From Asterias rubens (Eukaryota), in assembly GCF_902459465.1 (NCBI RefSeq), contig NC_047082.1:8680001-8744000 (forward strand): a stretch of DNA of 64,000 nucleotides, read 5' to 3'. This document shows, piece by piece, positions 1 to 12,229 of the stretch; positions within the stretch are counted from its first letter, which is position 1; each line of letters begins with the position of its first letter. Below the pieces are notes generated by a model, which saw nothing but the letters and a program-made list of their open reading frames with translations, had not been told where the DNA came from and searched no databases. Position numbers and translations under genes: made by a program.

Positions 1-1138
1 GATTGTGCCTAGACCTGGCACCGGGCCGAGAATATTATATACAACAAATTTCCGGCGACAGATTATTGAGCTCACTATATTATAAAACTATGGCTCTTTC
101 AGTACTACATCATCCAGAGGCATATCGGCTGATTTACCCACAAAAGCCTCATAATTCCTGCAAATAGAATGGATGTTCTAATATTTATAAATATTATAGC
201 CATTATGAATGTTGCTTGCTTCCACTTTAGTCTATAAATAACCAAAAGCCAATGATAAACTCGGGACGTGACTTTGTTCAGTTGGCCGAGGCCAAATTAA
301 AGAAACAGAAAATCAAAGTTAGGTGTTGGGGTCCTCCACATTTCCCTTTGTTCAAACCAATATGAATGTGAATCAAACAAGAAATTAATGTTTTTATTTT
401 ATTTCTTAAATCGGTAAGTATTTTGGAAATTAATCTTGGATTCCATCTGGCTAATTTGGGGATTGTATGAGTGATCTGGGATGGTTCGGGGAGTTTTCAA
501 CCGGGGAGGGAAACTTTATTTCCCGGGTGCACCAAGTCGCCGGTTGTGACTCCTTCCGGTCGTCGTTCGTTGAGCCTGGAAATTATTAGTGTCAAAAACT
601 ACTTTCAAAACTATGAATTAAACGATATTTGAAAACATCCATTGAGGTCATGCAACTTCAAAATACTAATTTGTGAGTATTTTGGTCATTTAATAGTTCA
701 TGTAAACTAAAAATCAACGATTTTCTGGAATAATGTTTTGGAGTTGAACAAAAACAATAACGAAACTTAAAAAAATCATGGCGTCGGCTGGAGAATTTGT
801 TACTTTGACCATCAAGTTGATACTCTAAATTCCGCCTGAAGTCGATGTTGTTTTTTGACGTTTTTCTCAAAAATTTAAGATTACATATCAAGTTTTAATT
901 GTGTCAACGTAAATAAAATGAAAACGTATGGATTTTGTAGTAAAACTCAGTTAATTTTAGGTTGTGATTATTTTTTTTCTGATTTTTAGTTGCACGTAAA
1001 TTTTCCAATTGAACGTGAATAAATCCACTGGAAATCTTTACACCAGAAAACGCATTGAAGCCTATTGTATCGAATTGGACTAAAAAATGCCCCTTTTGCA
1101 ATTTAATTTAGTAGAAAATCTGGCCCCAAAAGAAGGTA

Positions 1139-1251
1139 CTAACACATCAATTTCTAAAAACGCCATTTTACATTGTAAATTGCGGCAGGTTCAAGGGTAG
1201 TGCGAGTGCCTAATTGGGTGATTTCCCACACGTCCGCAACCAACGTATAAG
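1139..1251 (+). promoter_or_regulatory. H1 promoter: AC-box-like AACACA, inverted CCAAT, TATA
   Basis: AACACA at ~1141, ATTGG at 1213-1217, TATAAG at 1246-1251, about 90 nt upstream of the ATG. Confidence 0.6.
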
Positions 1252-1340
1252 TGGAGAGGGTTGCGTTTCCCTGGCATTACTCCCTGAACTACGTGTACGA
1301 CAAGTTGAAATTGGTGTGAATAAGTGAAAATTTGATCGCC

Positions 1341-1988
1341 ATGGCCGAACAAACCCCAGCAAAGACGAAGAAGGCCCCCAAGCCAAAGGCACCGGCTTCT
1401 CACCCTCCACCACAGCAAATGGTCACCGCAGCCGTCACTGCTCTGAAGGATCGCAAAGGCTCTTCACTTCAGGCAATCAAGAAGTACGTGAAAGCCAACT
1501 ACAAAGTTGGAGACAACTACGACATCCATGTGAAGAGGTGCGTGAAGAACATGGTCGCCGCTGGCAAACTGTCCCAGACTAGGGGCAAGGGTGCAAGCGG
1601 TTCCTTCAAGCTGGACAGCAAGTCCGCTAAGGCCGATGCCGCCGCCAAGAAGAAGTCAACCACCGACAAGGCAAAGAAGGTTGCCCAGAAAGAGAAGGAC
1701 AAGGCCAAGAAAGCTGCAAAGAAGGCCAAGGCAGCCGCCAAGAAAGCTGCCAAGACCACGAAGAAACCAAAGTCTCCAAAGAAGAAAACCCCAAAGAAGG
1801 CCAAGAAATCACCCGCCAAGAAACCAGCAGCGAAATCCTCCAAGAAGACGGCCAAGTCGCCGGCAAAGAAGCCTGCTGCCAAGAAAACCACCAAGTCACC
1901 AGCCAAGAAAGCTGCCAAGCCAGCGGCCAAGAAGGCAGCCGGGAAAAAGAAGGCCAGCAAGGGCGCCAAAAAGTCGAGCAAGAAGTAG
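1341..1988 (+). CDS. H1: Histone H1 (linker histone), intronless, 215 aa
   Basis: ATG at 1341 (gccATGG); globular domain HPPPQQMVTAAVTALKDRKGSSLQAIKKYVKANY...GKGASGSFKL; Lys/Ala/Pro-rich tail with SPKK/TPKK/SPAKK motifs; followed by a histone stem-loop. Confidence 0.97.
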   Translation: MAEQTPAKTKKAPKPKAPASHPPPQQMVTAAVTALKDRKGSSLQAIKKYVKANYKVGDNYDIHVKRCVKNMVAAGKLSQTRGKGASGSFKLDSKSAKADAAAKKKSTTDKAKKVAQKEKDKAKKAAKKAKAAAKKAAKTTKKPKSPKKKTPKKAKKSPAKKPAAKSSKKTAKSPAKKPAAKKTTKSPAKKAAKPAAKKAAGKKKASKGAKKSSKK

Positions 1989-2018
1989 ACGATGCGTCAA
2001 CCAAACAACAAACCCAAC

Positions 2019-2056
2019 GGCTCTTCTCAGAGCCACCACAATTTCCAAAGAGAGAT
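2019..2056 (+). terminator. Histone mRNA 3' stem-loop and purine-rich histone downstream element
   Basis: AAC-GGCTCT-TCTC-AGAGCC-ACCA (stem-loop 2019-2034), then CAAAGAGAGAT about 11 nt downstream, resembling the echinoderm HDE CAAGAAAGA. Confidence 0.93.
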
Positions 2057-2123
2057 GATTACCACTTGTCTGAAAAGTTATCTTTTTGTTTTCTGGGCTA
2101 ATTATTAAACAAAACGAAAATGT

Positions 2124-2213
2124 TAATTTAAAGATAATTCCCAAATGCAATTATGTTGATTACCAATCTAATTTAAAGATAATTAACAAATGCAATTACC
2201 GTGATTACCAATC
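2124..2213. repeat. 45-bp tandem duplication downstream of H1
   Basis: TAATTTAAAGATAATT..CAAATGCAATTA...GATTACCAATC occurs twice, starting at 2124 and 2169. Confidence 0.7.
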
Positions 2214-2909
2214 TTCACTGGGCATTATTAACGGTTGAAGAGGAAACTTGATGGGTTCGCAATTGCAAGAATATTGGAAATAATATTTCAAAATCCGTTC
2301 TTTTTGGGGGAAAAAAGCTGGAATTATGAAAACCTTCCTACTTGAAGTCTGTTTGCATTTTTTTTTGCGCCCTAGGGAGAAAACTTATGAAAAAAGCATG
2401 ACAAAAATAAAAATAATTGCCATAAAAATAAATGCTTAACACAGCATGGGTGTGTATTAGGTCGACCCTTTTACTCACGGTAGCAAATATCATGCATAGA
2501 AAATTCGTAACGCGGAACTCTGGTATTGTTCTTAAATCAATTAAATGGTGGGCTTTATTTCATACGGAACATGCGCACCACTCCTTTAATTTTAATGAAT
2601 TGACGATACATCCACATGGCGGCTGTTGTTCTCGCATGATACTATAATTATTTCCACCATCGATTGCGGTATTTCATTTGGTTCATTGGTTATAAAAAAA
2701 ATAATGATTTTCTGGCTTGGCTTTTATTGACATTCCTAGTTTTATTATAAAAACAGTTGGGGCCGCATGAAAGCTACAGTCGATGTTCTGGCGATACAGC
2801 GGATAGTTCAACAATTAAACAAACCTCTGGTTTTAACCTTCGCGCAGGTTTTGTTCATTTCGTAGTCTTACAAAAAACACAGGAATGTGCCTGTGTCACG
2901 GGGCTTAAA

Positions 2910-5900
2910 ATGGGCAGACTGGTTTGCTGTTTGTTTGTTATCGTCGGCTCTCTCTTTATGTCAGGTAGGTAGTTCCATTTCTTTGTTTTAGGGTAGGAAG
3001 AACAACTTCAAAGCGGCGTTCCATAGCCGTTCTAAACATGGCATGGTGTCACCACAAATTTTAGACTTAAATTTATGAAAAGATAATAGGATGATACAAA
3101 ATTGACTGTCGGATGTTAAAATACAGTCTTTTCCCACTTGTGTGACTTTTTTAGCAACACGGTGTTTTGCGTGGTGACGACTCAGCAGCAGGTGACAAAT
3201 TCCGCGAGCCTGACTCGGTAATGAACTTCCCGCCTACCACAAATTCTGTGTTCTTGCAATTGTATTTCAACATTTGTTTACATTGATGTTTGTTCAAGCA
3301 CTGTATACAAAGAACTCAATATTATACGTTCCCGAACTCTGTTAAAACGATTCACAGGCAAATCACTCGTGTTCGAACCCACGACCTTTGCACTGCTCGA
3401 TCACATAACTACATGTATTTTGTTTTATAGACCATCGAGCTACGCAGGTGGCTGGAGGCAGTTCTAATGTATTTAGCAGCGGGTTCCGCAACGATCCTTG
3501 ACCAAATGTCTTGGGTTCGAATCCCATCTGAGTGATTTTCATATGGGAAAAGTACTGAGTATAGATTTTCCTTTAGAATTTCTTTTTCACAGAGTTTGGG
3601 AAAAAGTACTGAGTATACAGTACACGAGTAGATTATACTTTTATCCATCAGATCCAAAACTAACATTATATCAATTTGTATTTTTTAATTATAGGCGTGA
3701 AGTCTTTCACTTCGCTAAACAACAGTGCCACTGGATACACCTTTGTAGTGTTCGAAGATAGTCTGTACGACACAGACTCCTGGTTTGATGCTAGGAAACT
3801 ATGCCGCACGGACGTGTCCCCGTTCGCCGACCTGGCAGAAATAACGGACGAAAGTGACGTCACGACGGTGGAAAATCTTCTCTCGTCTTCGGGCGCCTCG
3901 TAAGTGAATTATTAATTTGCTCAAAGTAAAGCACACATTTTGGGTTTTTGGTGAATAGTAAACTAGTAAATGGAACTATTTATGTTCATTCACCAAAACG
4001 GCATTGATTATGGGAGGCCTGCCGAGCGGCTTAAGTTCTGATGGCAAATACATCAGGGTGTGGGATCGAATCCTGGTCAAGACACGTGTGTCATTAGCAT
4101 TTCAGACAGCATAAACTTCTCTTTCTCTCTAAGTCCATACACGTATCTTATGGGGTTGTCGTGGCCGTTGAACAGGTAAAAGAGCACCGAACTCAAGCAC
4201 TGGTGTTTCTGTTGAGCAGAGTGTGGGTGCGAGTCCACTTCGTGACACTTCTGTTATTAAACTATTATTGCTTCTCCCCATCCCCATGGGGTACCTGTGA
4301 GTGAGGGCATGCTGTGATTGATACAGCTTTGCGCATCTAATTGTTGCACAGGCTCTCTCCAGGGAGACGGGATGGTTTAAAACAATTGCACAACATCGGT
4401 AAACAGTATTGTCCAAAGGCCCACACTTCGTGTATCACAACTGATAAAATATGAAATAACAAACCTGTACAAATTTAGGCTCAATCGGTCATCGGAGTCG
4501 GGAGAAAATATCGAGAAAAAACTCTTGTTTCAGCACGTTTCGCCGTGTCATGACATGTGTTAAAAATGAATCTGTAATTTTCGCTATCGAGAATTGATAT
4601 TGTTTCAATGTTTTCTCAAAAAGTAAAGCATTTCATGGAATAATATTTAAAGAGAAGTCTTTCATTATTACCTTCTGTAAACCCTGTAAGTTATTTGTAA
4701 ATCTGTGTGAACTTTTAATTTTTGTTCTGTTCAGAAAGTGTCCTTTAAGGACTGAACTAATTCCCAAGTGACAAGTGTATAATATGATGTTGGAGTGCCG
4801 CTTTGGAGCAAAGAAGCCCTTCGGCTGTTTAAAGTGCGAAACCGATTATTATTATTTATTGATCTTCAGGAACCCAGCCTATTGGCTCGGAATCCACAAC
4901 TTGGAGGTATATCCATCGGCACGCTTCACCGCGTCCCTTCAAACAGGGCAGCCCTTAACGTTTGACAAGTGGGATACTGGTAGACCCAAGTCTGACGGCG
5001 TCAGATGTGGTACCGTGAAAAAAGACAACAACAATTGGAGAGACGAGAGGTGCCACCTGGGATCCCAGTTATATGGTGTTCTCTGCCGTCTCCCAATGCA
5101 ACCTTCCCCTATTGACTCAAACACAGGTAAAACAGAAACAAACTTTTTTTTCCGCGCTTCTTTTAGAAACGTCTCAATTTTCACATAGTAAATTTTTGAG
5201 AGAAGTCATATTATTTTACATGGTGAATTAGAAAAATTCACAGAACTTTCACGAAGTAATTTAGAAAATTCCAATTTTCGCAAAAGTGATTAACAGTGGT
5301 TAATTTAATACTATTGGATGCATGCAAGTGCGTAATGAAGATCGACTGCACATGACGTCATTGACCGCCATCTTGGAAGGAAACGTGCACGTGATACGCG
5401 CCGCGCACGACTCTATTATTTTCAAGGAACTTTCTGTAGAATCAGGGAGAGTTTGCAGTTTAGTTTAACAACATCTGTTTTGTGCACGAAATTCAGGTTG
5501 TCCACCAACAATGGTACCATTCGAAGGGAAGTGCTACGATTTTCACATTCTATCGAATGCTTGGGTCAACTTTACCACGGCGAGATCAACCTGTGAAGGG
5601 TTACCAGGGGGCAGGATGGTAGTACCAACGAGCACCATGCAGGAATTTGTGGCGCGCTACGCCATTCTGTCAGGGTAGGTCAACGGCACGACAGAGGGAG
5701 GGGGGGAGGGCTGGGTTTGGACACTATTGGTTTTGTCAAAGACCAGTCTTCTCAGTTGGTGTATCTCAACATATGCATAAAATAACTAACCTGTGAACAT
5801 TTGAGCTCAATTGGTCGTCGAAGTTGCGAGATAATAATGACAGAAAAAACACCCTTGTCACACGAAGTTGTGTGCGTTTAGATGGTTGATTTCGAGACCT

Positions 5901-7631
5901 CAAGTTTTAAATCTGAGGTCTCGAAATCAAATTCGTGGAAAATTACTCCTTTCTCGAAAAACAATGGCACTTCAGAGGGAGCCGTTTCTCACAATGTTTT
6001 ATACCATCAACCTCTCCCCATTACTCGTCACCAAGAAAGGTTTTATGCTGACAATTATTTTGAGTAATTACCAATAGTGTCAACTGCCTTAAACAAAGTA
6101 ATAAAATCCATTGTAAGACAAATTGTCAGTACCACCATCCATAGTGAGTTTTATTGTGACAGTGACGTCACACATTATAACAACGATTGATTTTCAGTTA
6201 AGATCAATCTTAGCTTTTTAAGAAATCGGCCCCTGGTCGGCCATATCATGAAAAAACAGCCAAAATGTTGGTTTCTAAAATGAAATCATTTCTTGGTAAA
6301 ATTGAGGGCGGTTCGAAGGCTTATGTGAATAAAGCTTTTCCTAGCTTTGCCACTATATGTTATTTTGCCTTTGAATCTCCTTAAACACAGGGGTCGATTT
6401 TACAAAGAGTTGATACTAAAAAACGTAAGTCAGGATGAGTAACTCGTCCTAACTCGAGATAAGACTAGTCTTACCTCTTTGGGACCACGAAAAAAAAATT
6501 ATATTTGTTTTATCATGACGTACAATGTTTAAAGCCATTATACACTTTCGGTAAACAGTATTGTCCAAGTCCCACACTTCGTGTATCACAACTTATATAT
6601 AAAATAACAATTCTGTGGAAATTTAGGCTCAATCGGACATCGGAATCGGGAGAAAATAACGGGGAAAACCCACTCCTGTTTTCGCGCGTTTCGCCGTGTC
6701 ATGACACGTGTTAACAAATTAATCCGTAATTCTCGCTAACGAGAATTTATATTGTTTTACCGTTTTCTCAAAAAGTAAAGCATTTCATGGACTAATATTT
6801 CAAGAGAAGTCTTTCACCATTACCTTCTGTAAACCCTGTAAATTATTTGTAAATCTGTGAACTTTTTTTTTTCTGTACCGAAAGGGTCCAATGGCTTTAA
6901 TCTTTAATAATATTTTGTTTCCAATCCCAGCGTGCTTAACTTCTGGCTTGGGGTTACAGACCAGGAAGTTGACAGGGAATTTAAGGGTGTTTACGGGGAG
7001 GCCCTCGACAACCCGAAATGGGACACAACAGATTGGGACTATGGCGGACAGGACGGCGAGGTAGATTGCGTATTTTTCGATACCAGTGATGGATACTGGC
7101 TCACCAACGATTGTAACGCAGATCTCCATGGAATTTTGTGTGTCGTGGATCCGCTTGTCTATGCAGGTGGGTTTCTGAAGCCATTTGCTGAAGTTAGATT
7201 TGAATAAATGCTGGACAAAGACACTGGACACCATTGGTAATGGTCAAAGACCAGTCTTCACACTTCGTGTATCTCAAGATATGCATACAATAACAAACCT
7301 GTGAAAATTTGAACTCAATAATAAAATTGGTCATCGAAGTTGCGAGATTTAATAATGGAAGAAAAAAACACCCTTGCCACAAGACGTTGTGTGCTTTTAG
7401 ACGCTAGATTTCGGGACCTCAAAATCTAATTCTGTCGTTTCGGAATCAATTCAAGTTATTTTAGTGGAAAATTACTATTATTAATGTTTTCTCCTATCAA
7501 CAGCTTTCGATATCGAGAATACTTAGGTTTTTTTTTTTCTGTTGTCCTATCCTCAGCAAGTACTCCTGGGCAGTTTTCTCCCTCGGCGGTCTCCTCGGCG
7601 GCCTCAGCAACTGTAACCCCAAGCGTGGGCT
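2910..7631 (+). CDS. Secreted protein with two C-type lectin domains and a Ser/Thr/Ala-rich linker (3' end not resolved)
   Basis: Phase-compatible GT-AG exons 2910-2964 (signal peptide MGRLVCCLFVIVGSLFMS), 3695-3899, 4870-5126, 5497-5674, 6931-7166, 7557-7631. CTLD1 has YWLG and 4 Cys; CTLD2 is long-form (CPPTMVPFEGKCY...FWLG...DC...W...DC...LC). TATAAAA at 2746. A possible short terminal exon at 8925-8977 is low confidence. Confidence 0.85.
3440..3660 (+). mobile_element. tRNA-derived SINE (diverged copy)
   Basis: B-box GGGTTCGAATCCCA and body GGGAAAAGTACTGAGTATA shared with copies at ~32340-32520 and ~62700-62880. Confidence 0.65.
6527..6900. mobile_element. TTAA-flanked MITE, family B (also ~4377-4750)
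   Basis: TIR TTAAAGCCATT...TTCGGTA / TACCGAAAGGGTCCAATGGCTTTAA; internal sequence near-identical to the copy at ~4380-4750. Confidence 0.75.
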
Positions 7632-8440
7632 GTAAGGAAATCCGTAGATTGTTAATAAATCAAGAACCGTCCTTCTGTCCGTTAATATGTTGGGCTGTCT
7701 GTCTGTCTGCTTGTCTTTCTGTTCATGTAGCAACAACACGGTGATCGATGATTTGTGAAATTCCTCTTTTGCATGCGCCGCTTTTGCGTTTTTTAGGGAT
7801 TTTTTTAAGTTTTTAGTTCTGAGTGGTTCGGCAAGATCTGGATCATCTTGTGATTATTCATACAGGGAAGTTACATCTTGAAGACGATTGGTATGAAGGT
7901 AAGATGTTAGGGTGAATAAGGCCAGTGTCAAACGCAATTGTGTCCGCCATGCAATACTGTCCGCTCCGGACACTTTTGCATATGCAACCGTGTCCGGGGC
8001 TATGCAAAAACCGTCAGGTGGACATGTACATGACTGTACATGTATAGTGCGCGCGTAGTAAGCGAGCGTGCATGCACGCGTATTATGCAGCATGAATATT
8101 CACGTATTTTATGATTGCAGCGAATACCCAATGGCCAAACACTTAGCTTGTAAAAAAATGGCGAACGTGTTCCGTCGACCAAGGGCGTTTAAGTACTGCA
8201 AGGACGGTTTTGCACGGGGCGGACACAACTGCATGTATGCACACACAAAATGTGTCCGGGCGGACACAATTGCATTATGCAGCAGCGTCCGGGCGGACAC
8301 GATTGCATATGCAAAACCGTCCGGCGAACATTATTGCATATGCAATAATGTCCTCCGGATAGTATTGCATAGATGACATAATTGCATGCGACACCTGTCT
8401 CCAATGGAAATCTGTCCTCTGGAGATTCTGTCCCCCCAAT

Positions 8441-8582
8441 GGGAGACTTTGGAACGCTAGGTGGCAGCAGACTTACCAGGTAAATTTCCATTGTTTACGT
8501 AGTTCTGAGCGTGCGCACATAACCGAGAACAATGGATTTTACCTGGTAAGTCTGCTGCCACCAAGCGTCCCAAAAGTCTCCC
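8441..8582. mobile_element. Short palindromic MITE (GGGAGACTTT...AAAGTCTCCC)
   Basis: ~45-bp TIRs GGGAGACTTTGGAACGCTAGGTGGCAGCAGACTTACCAGGTAAA and its reverse complement; flanked by AAT/ATT. Confidence 0.75.
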
Positions 8583-10253
8583 ATTGAAAAGTAACGTGGG
8601 CTACAGGAGGATGTTTCAAAAGAGGGCGCTATGAGAAGTAGTTGTGTACACAGTTAACCACTTAATTTTTGGGGGAGGGGCGGGGACAGAATCATTCGGG
8701 AACAGAATCTCCTGCCACACCATTATCCGAATAGTTGGCGTCTACAGCTGTTTACGGTTACAGAAGGGTTATGCTTAGGACGTGCAGTACCTCAATGCAT
8801 GATGATGCGGAAATGTAGCTGTAGTCATAAAGCTGTATAGTCGCCAATTAGTACACAGATAGGAACCTGTCTTGGATTACTAATTTGTGTCGAGAAGTGC
8901 CTCTTTTCTTGTAAACTGTTAAAGATGATCACTCAAACTTTGGAAGAGACACCGATCTGATGGGGTTGTTGTCTTGAGCCACAACAAGCTGTGATGATGG
9001 TGGAAACTCCATTTTGGGCTTCCTTGGCACTTCGATTTCATCAATGTTTCGGTCGGATTGTCCGTAAAGTCACCTTCTCCCCCAGCCTTGCAATACAGGG
9101 GGACGGGAGAATTGGACCGTTGATGGGGCATGCATCAGCCTATGCCAAAAGACCAACCATGGAACACTCAATCAGGGAGTGAGAGGAATAGCACAATACT
9201 CGTCGGCATACTACCAACTTCAATCAGGTATAACTCCTTTGGTAACGTAGACTAGACGTGTGGACAACTCGTTGAAAACGGCGAGAGAAACGATTTTCAC
9301 TCGCCATACTGCTGGGCCCAATTTCATCAATAGCAGGAAGTACTGCGTGACAAACTTCTTTGCTAAGTAAAAATTGAGTGGACACCAGTCACAACAATGC
9401 AAACTTAGTTTTTGGCTGGTAACCTGTTTGTGTTAAGCAATACTTTTCTTTGCTTAGCAAGTTTTCGTGCTGACAGGCTTTATGTTCTCATAAGATAGCA
9501 GTAGTGTGAGCAGCAGTCCCGCGCAATCCCGTAGTCTTGCGAGATTTGCAAAAGAGCCGTTTCAGACCGCGACAGACATTACGACTTGTCCACAAGTCTA
9601 TAAAACGACGCGTGTAAAATAAAGTTTTCGTTTATAAGCTAATTAATTAGGCTCTTTAAACAAGTTCAAAGTATATGCAAACATTTTGGTGGCATGCGTC
9701 AAAAGAAAACTTTTTCAAGAAATCATGATTTTTTTATATTATTGTTATTAACGAAATTTTTCGTTTTGCAACCTTTTAGGGCAGATCTCCATGAATAAGA
9801 ATTAAAATACGTAATTTCCGATTTGTTTTCCCGCTCCGTATAGATCGACTGGCGCCTTTTGTTCTTTGTGGATAGGTTCCTCGCATGACGACTGGGGGCT
9901 TACTCCATGCACTCAAGCGGCCATGACGCTCGGTGGACTCAAGGAGGATAGAAGCCATTTTCGACGAACAATAGTTTTGAACCTTTGTCGAGACTAAAAC
10001 CTTATCAAGATCATTCATGCCTTGTACTATTTTATACAGCGATAATCTGTCGTTTTGTCGATCCGATGGACCCATCGGATGAATTGATAGTCTTAGCAAC
10101 TTATTGACAATGTGAGTTTGGATTAAATAGGCGATTTGATTGGATTTATTAAAATAATTCAGATTTTTATTTCCATGATCAAGCTATTAAATCAAATGCT
10201 CCACTTCACAGTGAGGGGGTCCATTAATTTATTTTTTAAATACTTTATAATTC

Positions 10254-10640
10254 TTAAAGGCAGTGGACACTATTGGTAATTGTCAAAGACTAGCCTTCAC
10301 AGTTGGTGTATCTCAACATGTGCATAAAATAACAAACCTGAGAAAATTTGAGCTCAATCGGTCATCGAACTTGCGAGATAATAATGAAAGAAAAAAACAC
10401 CCTTGTCACACAAAGTTGTGTGCGTTTAGATGGTTGATTTCGAGACTTCAAGTTCTAAATCTGAGGTCTCGAAATCAAATTCGTGGAAAGTCACTTCTTT
10501 CTCAAAAACTATGGCACTTTAGAGGGAGCCGTTTTTCACAATGTTTTATACCATCAACCTCTCCCATTTACTTGTTACCAAGAAAGGTTTTATGGCAATA
10601 ATTATTTTTAGTAATTACCAATAGTGTCCACTGCCTTTAA
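10254..10640. mobile_element. TTAA-flanked MITE, family A (Kolobok-like termini); further copies ~5720-6093, ~7216-7480, ~19069-19220, ~20517-20893, ~29840-30220, ~32652-33330, ~35725-36085
   Basis: Perfect 28-bp inverted repeat TTAAAGGCAGTGGACACTATTGGTAATT; TTAA target site with AG...CT termini (RR/YY plus TTAA matches the Kolobok definition); conserved non-coding interior in all copies. Confidence 0.85.
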
Positions 10641-11149
10641 ATAGTTTCAGGTATTGTCAAAACATGTCGAGTAGTACAAGTCAAGCGTTTTAAAGGGACA
10701 CGTTGCCTTGGATCGGTCGAGTTGGTCCATGAAAAGCGTTTGAATCCATTGTTATAACTGGCTGTTTTATACACACAAACATGGCTCAAAATTGCGTTGT
10801 TTTCATTTTACTTTGCGAACTAACACGGTCGGCAAAACCATGCAATTTCGAGGCATATTGTAATGTAGATCATTATTTTTTATTCTACTTTTGCGGTTAT
10901 TATAGGACTATGAAAGAGTAAATAAAGTGAAATCTGCTTTTCCGGTAGCAGAAAAGCAGAAAACAAAATGGAAGTTAATGCACTTTCACAAACGTTCAAT
11001 ATCATTTCCAGGTAGCAAAAAAATAGAAAAGTGCAAACATTTCAACGTTAAATCTGTCTTTTTCTGGCAATTCTGATAGCACTTTTTGGTCTTCATGTGG
11101 CGTAACGTATACTATTACGCGTGTGTATACGTCTAGTGGATGATGCGCA

Positions 11150-11330
11150 GTTATATAAAACAAATAATTGAGTGGCTTTAATTCGTGGAAGGATTATTAT
11201 CGCTCGGTAAAATTTGGACTGTACCATTTCACTCGGCTTCGCCTCGTGAAATGGAACAGTCCAAATTTTACCTTGCGATATTCCTCCCATTCCACTCTGA
11301 GCCACTCAATAATTATTTTTGTATACTATA
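11150..11330. repeat. ~180-bp imperfect palindrome centred on CTCGGCTTCGCCTC
   Basis: GGTAAAATTTGGACTGTACCATTTCAC / GTGAAATGGAACAGTCCAAATTTTACC, with outer arms AATAATTGAGTGGCT / AGCCACTCAATAATT. Confidence 0.75.
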
Positions 11331-12169
11331 AAAGGCCGAGTAAAAAACAAAACATGTTTAGCGTCAGGGTTTCTGAAAAAGAAAAAAAAAGTTTTTTTAT
11401 TAATTTATTATTATACCTTTTTAAGAAAAATATTTTGCTCAAAAGAAAAGGTGGGAAAAGTGGCCTCTGAAGGAAGTGGGCGGGGCGGTAAACATGTTTC
11501 TTCTTAAAATTTACTTGCCATTATAATGTCATGGAAATAATATTGTAAATAATTTTAGTTATGCGAAATGAAATTACAATAATATTTGACTTTTGAAATT
11601 GATCATGGTTTGTTATAAGTTCAATTTTGTTTACAATAAAAACATGACTTTTTTATGAATGAAACATTAATGTCAATAACTGTTTATTAGTAATTTCATA
11701 GTTCGTCCTCTGCTAAAAAAAACATGAATTTAACGCTTTAATTAGACGTGTAGTTTTAACTTGGAAACGAGAGAGGGCGGAGGAAATGGGCTGTTGCTGA
11801 CGACATGTGTGTTTTGTAGTTTTCTTAACCCTGTCCCAATAATTAAAAACTAAAAGACAAACAAAAAATACCAGTTGATCGCCCCCCCCCCCCAACCACT
11901 CCCTCATCCTTTTTTTTTTTTGAGGCCGCATCCTTTTTGTACTTATTTTACGTTTTGTTTGTTAAAAAGACACATTTACTGATGAGTAGATTTCTCAATA
12001 AACTTACTTATCTTTGAAGAACAAACATTAGTAAGCGATGACTGAAGAATATTGGTATAGCAGTTTGAATAAAAAAAACAGTGGTGGCCACCTTTAAACT
12101 AAAAAAAATAAAAAGGCCCCCATCCACTCCTCTAATCCCGGACGATCAACTGGTGTTTTTTGTTGTTTT

Positions 12170-12170
<1 letters not shown>

Positions 12171-12228
<58 letters not shown>
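12171..12228. repeat. (TGT)n microsatellite
   Basis: About 19 uninterrupted TGT/GTT units. Confidence 0.95.

Positions 12229-12229
<1 letters not shown>

Noticed and set aside
1517-2058. Overlapping and antisense ORFs over H1
   Set aside because: Shadow frames of low-complexity Lys/Ala codons.
5868-6077. Recurrent similar ORFs here and at 10263-10601 and 33060-33284
   Set aside because: Chance frames within family-A MITE copies; no transposase motifs.
8919-9240. Coding-looking stretch after the lectin gene
   Set aside because: All frames have stops and no recognisable domain; only a short YDHSNFGRDTDLMGLLS* terminal exon is weakly plausible.
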